Notes: a model not told the origin generated them from the letters alone. A stretch of DNA of 64,000 bases from Candidatus Multivoradales bacterium (GCA_965248925.1 CBDFLE010000005.1:800001-864000), one strand, 5' to 3'; shown: positions 19,934 to 29,798, numbered from the stretch's first letter. Program-made: numbers and translations.

Positions 19934-22294
19934 ATGATCAAACGCCTGGACCGCTACATCTTCGCCGAGATCCTTGGGCCGCTGGCTCTCGGCTTCCTGG
20001 TCTGGACTTTCATCCTCGTTCTGCGCTACCTGTTTGAGATCGCCGAAATGGTGATCCGCCGCGGCGTGGGCTGGTCGACCGCTGGCGAACTGCTGTTGCT
20101 CTACCTGCCGAGCATCGTCGTGCTGACCATACCGATGGCTTTGTTATTTGGCATCTTGGTGGCCGTGGGTCGGCTGTCTGCCGAGAGTGAGCTGATCGCC
20201 ATCCGTGCCTCAGGGGTGAGTCTATTCTCCCTCTATCGACCGATCCTGGTGCTGTCGCTGGTGCTGGCGCTGACCAACGGCTACCTGATGCTCGAGGTGC
20301 TGCCGTACCAGAACCACGCTTTCTCGCGCCTGCGCTACGAGATTCTGCAACAGGGCCTGACCCGGCAGATCGAGCCGCGGGTGTTCTACACCGATTGGGG
20401 CAACCAGGCGTTCTACGTCTTTGAGACCCCTGCCGGTGAAGAGCGCTGGAAGAACACTCTGCTGACCAACAAGATCCCAGCTGGCGACCATCGGTTGGTG
20501 GTCGCCGATTGGGGTGCGGCGCAAACCAACGAGGAAAACGGCAAGGTAACCTTGACCTTCTGGAATGCGGTTGAGCACCAGGTTAATCTCACCGACCCCA
20601 CTGACTACCGCTATTCACGCCACGCAAAGCTCGATCTGGTGATCGACACCGGCCAGGATCGGCAGACTCGCAACTCGGTGAGTCGCAGCATGCGGGAGCT
20701 GGACCTCAAGGGGCTACGCCAGCGAGCACGCGACGCGGGGGCTTCTCCACTGGTCCGCAATCTAGCCCGGGTGGAAATGCATAAGCGCTTCGCCCTGCCC
20801 GCCGCCTGCGTGGTGTTTGCCCTACTCGGTCTGCCCTTGGGCTTTACTACCAACAACCGACATGGCGGGCGATCGTCCGGCCTGGTGTTGTCGATGGGCG
20901 TGATCTTGGTCTATTGGGTTCTGCTGACCATGGGCGAAGAGATGGCCGGCAACGGCCACTTACCGGGTTGGCTGGCGGCCTGGTTTCCCAATTTGGGCTT
21001 GTTCGCTGCTGGCTTGTTCATCATGGCCAGGCGCAACCGCGATCGCGGTTTGGCGTTGATCAATTTTTCCTGGATCAGGCGCTGGCTCGATCGCCGCAGT
21101 GAACGAGCCGAGAACCGCAGACGCAGTCGCCGCCAGGCTTTGATCTCGAAGCGCCAGAGTTCGCGCGCCGATTTGGTGTTGCGCCTGCCCAGCTTCCAGC
21201 TGCGTTTTCCCAACTCGATCGACCGCTACATTTTGAGCAGCTTCTTCCGCACCCTGCTTCTGGTCTGCATGGGTTGCTTGACGGTTTATATCGTTGCCGA
21301 CGTCACCGATAAAGTCGATGACATCTTGAAGAACGCCGTGCCCGGCAACGTGTTGCTGTCGTACTACCGATTCAAGATGTTGGCGATCATCTACGAGATT
21401 GCGCCGATCATTTTGCTGGTGACGACTTTGACCACCTTCGCCATGCTCAGCCGAAACAACGAAGTGACCGCCTGCAAGGCAGCCGGAGTCAGCCTCTATC
21501 GCTTGTCCTTGCCGGTGATCCTCGCCGCCGCCGGACTGGCCGGTCTCTTATGGTTGTTAGGCTCGGAGGTCCTGGCTGCTTCCAACGAACGGATGGCGGT
21601 ATTGCAAGCGCAGATCAAGGGTCGTGAGGCGGTGCCGCAGCATCAGCGGGCCGATCAACGTTGGCGTTTCGCTACCGACCAGAGGCTCTACAACTATCGC
21701 CAGTACGATGCCGGCAAGCAGCTGGTCAAGAATCTCCAAGTCCTGGAGCTGGACGATCGGCGTCACCTGGTGCGGCGCCTAGTGGCGGAAAGCGCGGCCT
21801 ACGCCGGCGATGGCTGGTGGGCGTTGAAGAACGGCTGGACGCGAGAATTCGGTGACCATCAGGTCACTAGCTTTGAGCGCTTCGATGACGTCAAGAAGGC
21901 TCGCCTGCCGGTTGAGCCCGAGTTCTTTCTGGGCGAGTTGCGCAGTCCCGACGAAATGAACTTCAGCGAGTTACGTCAGTATCTGACCGAGCTAGAGGCT
22001 ACCGGACAGCAAGAACCGGTCCTCGAAGTGGAACTCTACGACAAGATCGCCTACCCCACGATCTCACTGGTGATGGCGCTGGTTGCCCTACCCTTCTCCT
22101 TCTTGCTCGGCCGCCGCGGTGCACTCTACGGAATTGGCCTGGCAATCGTCCTCGGCATTGTTTTCCTCGCCTTGATGGCCACCTTCAAAGCGCTGGGCCA
22201 GGCGGCGGTCCTGCCACCGCTAATAGCTGTGTGGAGTCCTAGTCTGATCTTCTCGCTGTTGGCGCTCTATCTCTTCCTCGGCATTCGCTCCTGA
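19934..22294 (+). CDS. Fused LptF-LptG LPS export permease
   Basis: Two tandem YjgP/YjgQ-type units (LDRYI...E..A.RASGVS...W.PN; IDRYI...E.TA.KAAGVS...WSP). Confidence 0.9.
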   Translation: MIKRLDRYIFAEILGPLALGFLVWTFILVLRYLFEIAEMVIRRGVGWSTAGELLLLYLPSIVVLTIPMALLFGILVAVGRLSAESELIAIRASGVSLFSLYRPILVLSLVLALTNGYLMLEVLPYQNHAFSRLRYEILQQGLTRQIEPRVFYTDWGNQAFYVFETPAGEERWKNTLLTNKIPAGDHRLVVADWGAAQTNEENGKVTLTFWNAVEHQVNLTDPTDYRYSRHAKLDLVIDTGQDRQTRNSVSRSMRELDLKGLRQRARDAGASPLVRNLARVEMHKRFALPAACVVFALLGLPLGFTTNNRHGGRSSGLVLSMGVILVYWVLLTMGEEMAGNGHLPGWLAAWFPNLGLFAAGLFIMARRNRDRGLALINFSWIRRWLDRRSERAENRRRSRRQALISKRQSSRADLVLRLPSFQLRFPNSIDRYILSSFFRTLLLVCMGCLTVYIVADVTDKVDDILKNAVPGNVLLSYYRFKMLAIIYEIAPIILLVTTLTTFAMLSRNNEVTACKAAGVSLYRLSLPVILAAAGLAGLLWLLGSEVLAASNERMAVLQAQIKGREAVPQHQRADQRWRFATDQRLYNYRQYDAGKQLVKNLQVLELDDRRHLVRRLVAESAAYAGDGWWALKNGWTREFGDHQVTSFERFDDVKKARLPVEPEFFLGELRSPDEMNFSELRQYLTELEATGQQEPVLEVELYDKIAYPTISLVMALVALPFSFLLGRRGALYGIGLAIVLGIVFLALMATFKALGQAAVLPPLIAVWSPSLIFSLLALYLFLGIRS

Positions 22295-22401
22295 GCACCT
22301 CGGGCTTGCGCGCGGCCACCGCCGCTTTTCGCCAGTTCTTCAGCGTACGCCTCTCGGCTGCAGTGAGGTTCAGACTGGTAGTTCCGCTGACTCTATCTAA
22401 C

Positions 22402-23082
22402 TCACTGAGCCGCCAGCAGTAGCTGGCTAGCGGCGGGGTGGTTGCCTCGGCGAGAAAAATCGATCGCTAGACGCCCATCCTCAGCGGCCAGAGCAGGTGA
22501 CGCACCTCGCTCCAGAAGGAGTTTCACCAGTTCTGTCTTGCCGCCCGCCGCTGCTTGATGCAGCGGCGAGATGCCTCCATGTTGTTGGCAATTTGGCGTC
22601 GCACCCGCATCCAACAGCAAGCGAGCGGTCTCGAGCCCGGAAGCAATTTCTGCGTTGGCTGCAGCGCTGTGAAGAGGCCGCACCTGCATCGGGTTTTGGG
22701 AGGGTCGGTCGACATCGGCCCCATTCTTCAGCAGCAGCTTGGCTGCCGCCGGCCGGCCGAAGAAGGCTGCAAGCCCAAGCGCCGAGAAGCCATCCGCAGA
22801 CAGCGCGTTGGCCAGATCAGGCGACGCTTCCAAGCAGTCGCCTAGGGCCGCGACGTGGCCTAATGCCGCCAGCTCGAAGATATCGAGAGGACGCTCGCAG
22901 GCAGCCAGTAGTTGCTCGGCCAGGGAAGTCTTCTGGTGGTAGAGCGCTAGCAAGATCAGGGACACGCCGGAGGCGTCGCGGGCACCGGCGAGTGTTTTGG
23001 AGTCTTGCAGCAGCTGATCGAGAGCCGGCGAATCGCCGTCACCAATCGCCCGCTTGGCAGCTGAGACATCATCTTCGCTCAC
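22402..23082 (-). CDS. Ankyrin repeat protein
   Basis: Repeated G.s/pLH.AA..G...v.LLL..GA units. Confidence 0.92.
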   Translation of the reverse strand: MSEDDVSAAKRAIGDGDSPALDQLLQDSKTLAGARDASGVSLILLALYHQKTSLAEQLLAACERPLDIFELAALGHVAALGDCLEASPDLANALSADGFSALGLAAFFGRPAAAKLLLKNGADVDRPSQNPMQVRPLHSAAANAEIASGLETARLLLDAGATPNCQQHGGISPLHQAAAGGKTELVKLLLERGASPALAAEDGRLAIDFSRRGNHPAASQLLLAAQ

Positions 23083-23123
23083 GGCTGGATCCTCCTATTT
23101 GATTAGTAGCACTGAAGATTATA

Positions 23124-23142
23124 TAGTTAGGTAGTCTAACTA
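23124..23142. promoter_or_regulatory. Probable MarR operator
   Basis: TAGTTAG-N5-CTAACTA inverted repeat in AT-rich divergent intergenic region. Confidence 0.7.
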
Positions 23143-23154
23143 AACAAGTTTCAA

Positions 23155-23649
23155 ATGAACCTAGACAGAGAACACCCAGCCATGGACGCAGCCAATCCCC
23201 CTGACCTCGGTGACCAGGTCGACCTCTTCGAGCTTGCCGATCGCTTACACAGCGCGGCCATTGATCTGCTGCGCCGAGTGCGGCGAGACGATCCCGTCAC
23301 AGGACTCAGCTCGGCTCGTTTGTCCGCATTGTCGGTGATGGTGATCGCAGGGCCGCTGACTCTCGGTGAGCTAGCCCGGGCCGAGCAGGTTAGCTCCCCC
23401 ACCATCACCGGTCTGGTGAGAGGTCTGGAGAATCAGGGACTGGCGCGGCGGCGGCGGGACCCTGAGGATCGGCGAGTCTTTCGCATGAGCGCCACCGCGG
23501 CCGGCATCGAGTTGCTGCGTGCGGCTCGCCAGCGTCGACTGCAGCACCTGGCCAGCGAGTTGGCGCAGCGAACTGGAGAGCAGCGCAAGATCCTCAGCGA
23601 CGCTGCCAGCCTGCTGCTCGACGGCACCCTCGCCTCGCCATCGAAGTGA
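23155..23649 (+). CDS. MarR family transcriptional regulator
   Basis: LTLGELARAEQVSSPTIT.LV..LE..GL..R..DPEDRR. Confidence 0.93.
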   Translation: MNLDREHPAMDAANPPDLGDQVDLFELADRLHSAAIDLLRRVRRDDPVTGLSSARLSALSVMVIAGPLTLGELARAEQVSSPTITGLVRGLENQGLARRRRDPEDRRVFRMSATAAGIELLRAARQRRLQHLASELAQRTGEQRKILSDAASLLLDGTLASPSK

Positions 23650-23687
23650 CGTGAACTCGGCGCTGGACTGCGCCGTCCAAGGATCTT

Positions 23688-25091
23688 CTAGCGGCGAAAC
23701 TTGGCAAGCTCTTCGATCAGCGGCTGACTGGCTAGATCGTCACTCAAGATCGCCACGAAAGGCTCGATCTCCCGATGCTGTATTTGAGTCGAGAGTTTCC
23801 AATAGAGGATACCCTGCAGAAGATTCGGGAATTCCTGCTGGCTGATTTGGCGCAAGGCAGCAATGGCATGCCAGCGCTCGGTGGGCTCCAGGGGCTGATT
23901 CTGCCAGACGATCAAGCGCTTCTCCGCCGCCAGCGGCTCTTCTCCCTCGGCAACAGCATCAGGCTCACCCCAGACGACGGTGAAGTTGTCACCCGCCCAC
24001 GGCGCCAAGGTGCTGTCGCGGCGTTCGGTGTAGCCCAGCTCGGTGAAGATCACCGGCATCTCGGCGATCCCTTCGCTGGCGCGGAAACTGTCGATTCCAG
24101 CCATTACTTCGCGCCAGCCTTGTTGCAACAGTGCTGGTAGCTGGTCCCGTTGGCTTTCGTCCAAGAAGCGCTTGCGCAGCGGGAAGTAGGCATTGATGCC
24201 TATCAGGTCGAGCTGCTCCCAGAAGCCAACTTGGTGGTACTGGTCGAAGTTGGCGGCGTAGGTGAGCTTGCCGGAGTAGACCTCGCGGGTGCTCTCGATC
24301 AACCACAGCCAGCATTCCTCGAGCAAGGCGCGGCGGCGGTTGATCCGTTGCAGGTGATCCTCGCCGCTGTAGGCGGTCATCTGCCCCGCCCAGCTCTCGA
24401 AGGTCTCGACCTTGGCGGCCAGGAAGTCGCCGACCGATTCGCTCTCCTCGGCAGTGCCATCAAGGCGGGCGCCAGCGGCGATGCCGGCCAGCACGTCCTG
24501 CTTGAACTCCGTCTGCTTCTCCGCATTGAGGTAGTACTCCTCGAGCACCGGGATCTCCTCGATCGGAATCGTCGAGGCCAAGGCGTTCATCTCGCTCGCG
24601 ATGCCCAACACGTCCACTCCCTCTGCCTCGGCGACTCGAGCCCACTGCTGGACGAAGCTGGTGTAACGCATGAACCAGCCGCGTATCTGCTCCTCGGTGC
24701 CGGGCATGATCATGCCGTGCCACAGATGGCTATTCGCCAGGTAAGTGTGATCCAGTGCCACCCGCAGGATCAGCACCACCTTGAGTCCGGCCTTTTTCGC
24801 CTGACGAATCTCATGCAGCACCCACTTACTGTCGGCATCGAACCACAGGTGGTCGGTGTTCCAATTGCCCTGGTGGGCGTAGACCGTGGCGGACACGGTA
24901 TTCATCCCCGCCGCCCGCAGGCTGGCCATCCACTGTGGGTGATCGGGCTCATTGACCTGAATACCGCCGAGGTAGAAAGAATCGTCGAGGGCAGGGGGCG
25001 CCACCGCTGCCGGTGCACCGCCACAGGCGCCGAGCCAAAGAAGAATGACGCCGGTCAAGACGGTCAAGCTGAGGGATGATCGTTGGTGCAA
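23688..25091 (-). CDS. Lipoprotein, GH113-like TIM-barrel glycoside hydrolase
   Basis: Lipobox LGAC; GIASEM (acid/base), Y.GKLTYAANFD, FW..LD.IGINAYFPL, FTELGY (nucleophile). Confidence 0.75.
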   Translation of the reverse strand: MHQRSSLSLTVLTGVILLWLGACGGAPAAVAPPALDDSFYLGGIQVNEPDHPQWMASLRAAGMNTVSATVYAHQGNWNTDHLWFDADSKWVLHEIRQAKKAGLKVVLILRVALDHTYLANSHLWHGMIMPGTEEQIRGWFMRYTSFVQQWARVAEAEGVDVLGIASEMNALASTIPIEEIPVLEEYYLNAEKQTEFKQDVLAGIAAGARLDGTAEESESVGDFLAAKVETFESWAGQMTAYSGEDHLQRINRRRALLEECWLWLIESTREVYSGKLTYAANFDQYHQVGFWEQLDLIGINAYFPLRKRFLDESQRDQLPALLQQGWREVMAGIDSFRASEGIAEMPVIFTELGYTERRDSTLAPWAGDNFTVVWGEPDAVAEGEEPLAAEKRLIVWQNQPLEPTERWHAIAALRQISQQEFPNLLQGILYWKLSTQIQHREIEPFVAILSDDLASQPLIEELAKFRR

Positions 25092-25210
25092 GGCTGCTGT
25101 CCTCCAGGCTGCCGGTCCATTCTGACGCTAGACAATAGCAGTCGAGGGAGCCGCTGGGGTGGCTGCCCTTGACCTGGCGACGGCGGATAATGCATGCTTC
25201 GCCCTCGGCG

Positions 25211-25362
25211 TTAGATCCACACGCCCAACCTCTCAGACCCTTCCTCAGCAAGGGTCCTCGCGGGGCAAAAGGAGGCATACTCCCGGATCTCCCGGATAGC
25301 TGCCGGATCGCTAACTCTTGCTAGGCCATCGATTTCGCTGCTGAGGAGCGTTAGCGTTGGCC
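25211..25362 (+). ncRNA. Candidate structured 5' leader RNA with loop-loop pseudoknot
   Basis: Stem gaccctt/aagggtc whose loop cctcagc is complementary to gctgagg inside stem cgctaac/gttagcg; closing ccaac/gttgg. Confidence 0.5.
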
Positions 25363-25381
25363 TGGAAACAGGAGTTTGCTG

Positions 25382-26065
25382 ATGCCGAAGGACAAAGACC
25401 TGAAACGCCTTGCCCGCCAGCGCATGGAGAAAACTGGCGAGTCCTACACCACCGCCCGAGTCCAACTACTCGCCAGGAAAAGCCTCGACGGCGAACGGCT
25501 AGGCGAAGCAGAGCTAGCTGAACTCGCTGGCATATCAACCGCCGCGGTCCAGCGGGCCACCCAGCATGATTGGGGCTGGTGGCTTGAGCACCTGAACGCC
25601 GCTACTTGCCGCCAGCAAGAGCACCGCGAGATCGCTCAGTACGTCGCTCGTGAGTTCGCCATCTCACCCTGGTGGGCGCAGACCTTGACGGTCGGCATTT
25701 ACCGCATTGTCGGCCTCCGAGAAATCGGCCAGCGCCGCGAAGGTAGCTACGAAGCCAGCAATAGCAGAACTCTGCCAGTGCCGATTGAAATTCTCTTTCG
25801 CGACTTCGACGACGAAGATATTCGTCGTCTCTGGCTGCCAAAGGTCGAGTGGCAGGTGCGAAAATCCACCACCAACCGCTCGATCCGCCTCGACTGGCCG
25901 GGTGGATGCCGGGTTGACCTCTGGTTCACCGCCAAAGGAGATGCCAAGAGTAGCGTGCAGATTCAGCATCGCAAGCTGCCGGCGAAAGAAGAGGTCGTCA
26001 GGGTCAAAGGCGAATGGGCGCAGCGACTCGCAGCGCTGACCCGGTATCTGGACGGATCAAGCTGA
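25382..26065 (+). CDS. Hypothetical protein: basic N-terminal helix, DUF4287-like middle, SRPBCC-like C-terminus
   Basis: SD AGGAG; KDLKRLARQRMEKTGESYTTAR; WWAQTLTV; V..QH.KL....E......W..RL. Confidence 0.8.
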   Translation: MPKDKDLKRLARQRMEKTGESYTTARVQLLARKSLDGERLGEAELAELAGISTAAVQRATQHDWGWWLEHLNAATCRQQEHREIAQYVAREFAISPWWAQTLTVGIYRIVGLREIGQRREGSYEASNSRTLPVPIEILFRDFDDEDIRRLWLPKVEWQVRKSTTNRSIRLDWPGGCRVDLWFTAKGDAKSSVQIQHRKLPAKEEVVRVKGEWAQRLAALTRYLDGSS

Positions 26066-26488
26066 TCACACTGTCCGCGAAGTTCGGTAGACCGTGCCGC
26101 GAAACAGGGCGACGGTACTACCGGACTGGTTTTCCACCGCCACATCCCAGGTACCCAGCCTATGCCCAAGGGTGCGGGGTTCGGCGGTGGCGGTGAGCCG
26201 ATCGCCGGTGGTCACCTTTTCGGCATAGACGATGCTGTTCTCGGTACTGACACTGAGCCGGCCGCGGCTGTTCGAGGCAAAGGCGAAAGCGCTGTCAGCG
26301 AAGGCGAAGGTTACGCCGCCGTGGCAGATGCCAAAGCCGTTACACATTTCCTCGCGCACAGTCATCCGCAGGGTGCAGCGATCTCGTTCCACCTGCAGCA
26401 GCTCGATCCCCAACCAGCGGCTGAAGGCATCGTTGGCCAACATCTTGGCGACGCTGGCCTCGGCAACCTGCTGTGCGTTCTCAGGCAT
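26066..26488 (-). CDS. paaI: PaaI-family hotdog thioesterase
   Basis: NGFGICHGG..F.FADSAFAFASNS, VALFRGTVY. Confidence 0.9.
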   Translation of the reverse strand: MPENAQQVAEASVAKMLANDAFSRWLGIELLQVERDRCTLRMTVREEMCNGFGICHGGVTFAFADSAFAFASNSRGRLSVSTENSIVYAEKVTTGDRLTATAEPRTLGHRLGTWDVAVENQSGSTVALFRGTVYRTSRTV

Positions 26489-26542
26489 CGCTTAGCCGGT
26501 CGGTCGCAGCGAGATAGCTCCGCGGCGGCGCCGGCCAGGCCA

Positions 26543-27712
26543 TCAGGAGCCGACTTCGCTGGTGATTCCGGCAGCATCGCGCAAGGCTGCGACTTTGTCA
26601 GTTTTTTCCCAGGTAAATCCGTCCTCGTCGCGGCCAAAGTGGCCATAGGCGGCGGTGCGCTGGAAGCGCGGCAGGCGTAGTTCCAAGTGTTCGATGATGC
26701 CCCGTGGAGTGAGCGGGAAGTGCTCGCGAATCAGCACTTCGATACGCCGGTCGTCGATCCGGCTGGTGCCCTGAGTCTCGACATGCACCGACACCGGGTC
26801 GACAACACCGATGGCGTAGGCCAGCTGCACGGTAGCGCGTTCGGCGAGGTCGGCGGCTACCACGTTCTTGGCGATGTAGCGGGCCATGTAACTGGCTGAG
26901 CGATCGACCTTGGTGGAGTCTTTGCCCGAAAAAGCACCGCCGCCATGGGGGGCACTGCCGCCATAGGTGTCGACGATGATCTTGCGACCGGTCAAGCCGC
27001 AATCACCCTCTGGACCACCGGTCACGAAACGGCCAGTAGGGTTGACGTGGAAGATGGTCTGCTGGTCGATCAGACCGCCGGCCAGGGTCGGGCGGATTAT
27101 CTTCTCGATCACCTGCCGTTCTATCTCATCCTGGCTCGCCTCGGGCCCGTGCTGGGTGGAAATCACCACCGTATGCACCCTCTTTGGCTGGTGGCCAGCG
27201 TACTCGACGGTGACCTGGCTTTTGCCGTCGGGCCGCAGCCAGCCGATCTCACCGCTCTTGCGAGCAGCGGCCAAGCGACGGGTCAAACGCTGCGCCAAGG
27301 TAATCGGCAACGGCATTAGCTCGTCGGTCTCGCGGCAAGCATAGCCAAACATCAACCCCTGGTCGCCAGCGCCACCCGGATCCACCCCTTGGGCGATGTC
27401 GGGAGACTGTGGATCGATGGTCGACAGCACGGCACAGCTCTTGCCATCGAGGCCGAAGGCGGAATCCGTGTAGCCGATCTCACAGGCCGTTCGCCGCACC
27501 ACTTTGGAGAAATCTATATACCCCTGGGTGCTGATTTCGCCAGCCAGCAACACCATGCCGGTGGTGACTAGAGTCTCGCAGGCGACGCGGCTGTTGGGGT
27601 CTTGGCGCAGGGCCTCGTCGAGTACCGCATCGGAGATTTGGTCGGCAATCTTGTCGGGATGACCCTCGGTGACCGACTCGGAAGTGAACAGATGAGTGTT
27701 GCTATCGGACAT
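26543..27712 (-). CDS. metK: S-adenosylmethionine synthetase
   Basis: [42 protein letters not shown]. Confidence 0.99.
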   Translation of the reverse strand: MSDSNTHLFTSESVTEGHPDKIADQISDAVLDEALRQDPNSRVACETLVTTGMVLLAGEISTQGYIDFSKVVRRTACEIGYTDSAFGLDGKSCAVLSTIDPQSPDIAQGVDPGGAGDQGLMFGYACRETDELMPLPITLAQRLTRRLAAARKSGEIGWLRPDGKSQVTVEYAGHQPKRVHTVVISTQHGPEASQDEIERQVIEKIIRPTLAGGLIDQQTIFHVNPTGRFVTGGPEGDCGLTGRKIIVDTYGGSAPHGGGAFSGKDSTKVDRSASYMARYIAKNVVAADLAERATVQLAYAIGVVDPVSVHVETQGTSRIDDRRIEVLIREHFPLTPRGIIEHLELRLPRFQRTAAYGHFGRDEDGFTWEKTDKVAALRDAAGITSEVGS

Positions 27713-27843
27713 CGGTCTGATTCCTCGGGCTCTTCTTTCGCGAACGAAGATGGGCAGATTGATCGGGGTGAAACTCGACGCCTTCGAGCAATACCTTGCG
27801 GCTTGCAGTCTCCACTAGCAAAACTCCACGGCGAAGCTCGCGG

Positions 27844-27873
27844 ATCGTACCAGACCGCCAAAAAGGGGGTCAA
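27844..27873 (-). promoter_or_regulatory. Putative sigma-70 promoter of metK
   Basis: Minus strand TTGACC-N18-TACGAT with extended TG. Confidence 0.6.
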
Positions 27874-27883
27874 TGAACCATCA

Positions 27884-28513
27884 CTAGCGGAAGAGCTTCT
27901 TCTGCCCCTGGCGTTCTCGCATTTGCCTCGGCAAGCCCTCTCCAAGGCCCCACATGAGGGTAGCCAAAGCGCTCAGAGTCGAGAGCTCGGTCGTGCTGCG
28001 GCGATTCTCTAGACCACCGGTCAATGAACTCACCATGCCGCCGCTACGCCGAGTACCAGGCACCACGCAAGGAAAGTCGTCCGGGCCCAGACCGTGGATC
28101 AGAAGCTCGGGCAGTTGCAAAGAGCCGCTGGACCCCCAAGCCTGGTCGCCAAGCCCCAACACGACGGTCCAACAGCGGACGAAATGCCGCCGCTGCCCCG
28201 CTGCCTCGAAGCTCAGCAGTCCGGCTTCGCTTCCAACGTAGAAGTCGAAAGAGCCGCCGAGCTGTGCCTGCTCGGCGATAGCCCGGCCGTGGGCGAGCTG
28301 AAGGATTTCGGCATCGGTCATCGGCAGGGCGGTGCTACCCTCGTCCTGGGGACGCGCCTTCACCGACACCGGCACTGTCTTGCCCAAGCCGTCAGCAAAA
28401 TACCGCAAGAACCCATCGCGCACGCCAAGCAGCTTGTCGGCCACGGACGAAGCTACCGCGATGTCGACACCAGATTGGAATTGGCGCCAGAAATCCGTAA
28501 GATCCTTAGTCAT
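27884..28513 (-). CDS. YjjX/DUF84-like non-canonical purine NTP phosphatase
   Basis: VAS...KL.GV, P....E....A..RA, VGSEAG, G..S.LTGG...R. Confidence 0.7.
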   Translation of the reverse strand: MTKDLTDFWRQFQSGVDIAVASSVADKLLGVRDGFLRYFADGLGKTVPVSVKARPQDEGSTALPMTDAEILQLAHGRAIAEQAQLGGSFDFYVGSEAGLLSFEAAGQRRHFVRCWTVVLGLGDQAWGSSGSLQLPELLIHGLGPDDFPCVVPGTRRSGGMVSSLTGGLENRRSTTELSTLSALATLMWGLGEGLPRQMRERQGQKKLFR

Positions 28514-29291
28514 GATTACCAGCAGAGATAACGAACGGGTGAAGGATATTCGCCGTGCCCGGGGAAGTAAAGCCGGCGCGGCTTTGCTCGAAGGGCCACA
28601 TCTGGTGTGCGCCGCCTTGGCCGCCGGCTTGGAGCTGCAATGCCTGTTGGCGACCGAGGATTTTATCGCCTCACCCGCCGGAGCTGAGTTGGCCGCCGCG
28701 CTGCCCCGCCCCGCCCTGCTGATCCATCCTCCATTGCTGCGGGAACTCACCGACAGCGGTACCCCCCGCGGCGTGGTGGCGGTCGTCCACCTCCCCCGCC
28801 CCGCGCTCGACCTGCTGCCGGCCGCCCCCGGCCTCTATGTCTACGCCGAGGGCTTGCAAGATCCCGGCAACCTGGGCGCCCTGGCCCGCAGTTGCGAGGC
28901 TGCTGGCGCTCAAGGCTTGGTGCTCGGTCCCGGCTGTGTCACGCTCACTCACCCGCGCGCCTTGCGCGGATCCGCCGGCAGCCTGCTGCGTCTGCCCCTG
29001 GCCCGCGCCACCGCCGGCGAGTTAGAGCATCACCTGAGCGCTCACCAACCCCAGTGGGCCGCCCTGGCCACGCGCGGCGGAGAAGACCTCTACGCCACCG
29101 AGCTGCCACCTACTCTGCTCCTCGCCCTGGGCGCCGAGGGTGCTGGTCTACCCGAGGACCTCGAACGCCGAGCGGAAAGCAAACTGACCATCCCCATCGC
29201 CACGCCGGTCGAGTCGCTCAACGCCACCGTGGCGGCAGCAGTCGTGATGTTCGAGTGGCGACGACGGCAGCTCGCCGGCCCCAGCGACTGA
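28512..29291 (+). CDS. TrmH/SpoU family RNA methyltransferase
   Basis: ITS.DN.RVK, QDPGNLGAL.R, GAEGAGL, IP....ESLNA.VAA. Confidence 0.93.
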   Translation: MITSRDNERVKDIRRARGSKAGAALLEGPHLVCAALAAGLELQCLLATEDFIASPAGAELAAALPRPALLIHPPLLRELTDSGTPRGVVAVVHLPRPALDLLPAAPGLYVYAEGLQDPGNLGALARSCEAAGAQGLVLGPGCVTLTHPRALRGSAGSLLRLPLARATAGELEHHLSAHQPQWAALATRGGEDLYATELPPTLLLALGAEGAGLPEDLERRAESKLTIPIATPVESLNATVAAAVVMFEWRRRQLAGPSD

Positions 29292-29426
29292 TTGCGCTCT
29301 GCGGCGCTCCTTGCCCACAGCCCCAAGACGGCAGTTTCGCCGGCAACGCCATCTAACCACTTATCGCGGGGCGCTACCGAATTACCCTCGCGATCAACAA
29401 CTGCCAGGCCCGATCAACGAGCCGAG

Positions 29427-29798
29427 CTAGCCGACTCCGGGTAGGCTATCGATAAGAGCCAACAGCTCATCGACGGCAAAGGGCTTCTCGATGGTCGCGG
29501 CGGCACCAAGTTCCATCCCCCGGGCTACTTCTTCCTCGCTGCCTTCGGTGGTGACCAACACCACTGGAGTCGTTCGCCTCTGAGGATCGCAAGCAAGCAC
29601 TTTGAGGAACTCAAGACCATCCATTCGCGGCATGTGAAGATCGAGCAGGATAAGATCGATCTGTGGATCCTCGGCGAGGCGTTCTAGGGCCTCGGCACCA
29701 TCGGGGGCGGTGACCACCTGCTCATCGTGCAACATAAATTCAAACATTCTGCGCATTAACTTCGAGTCGTCGACGACTAGAATCGTCCGTGGATGCAA
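29427..29798 (-). CDS. Single-domain response regulator (CheY-like)
   Basis: ILVVDDS, LLDLHMP.MDG, KPF; SD GGAGGTG before TTG. Confidence 0.92.
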   Translation of the reverse strand: MHPRTILVVDDSKLMRRMFEFMLHDEQVVTAPDGAEALERLAEDPQIDLILLDLHMPRMDGLEFLKVLACDPQRRTTPVVLVTTEGSEEEVARGMELGAAATIEKPFAVDELLALIDSLPGVG

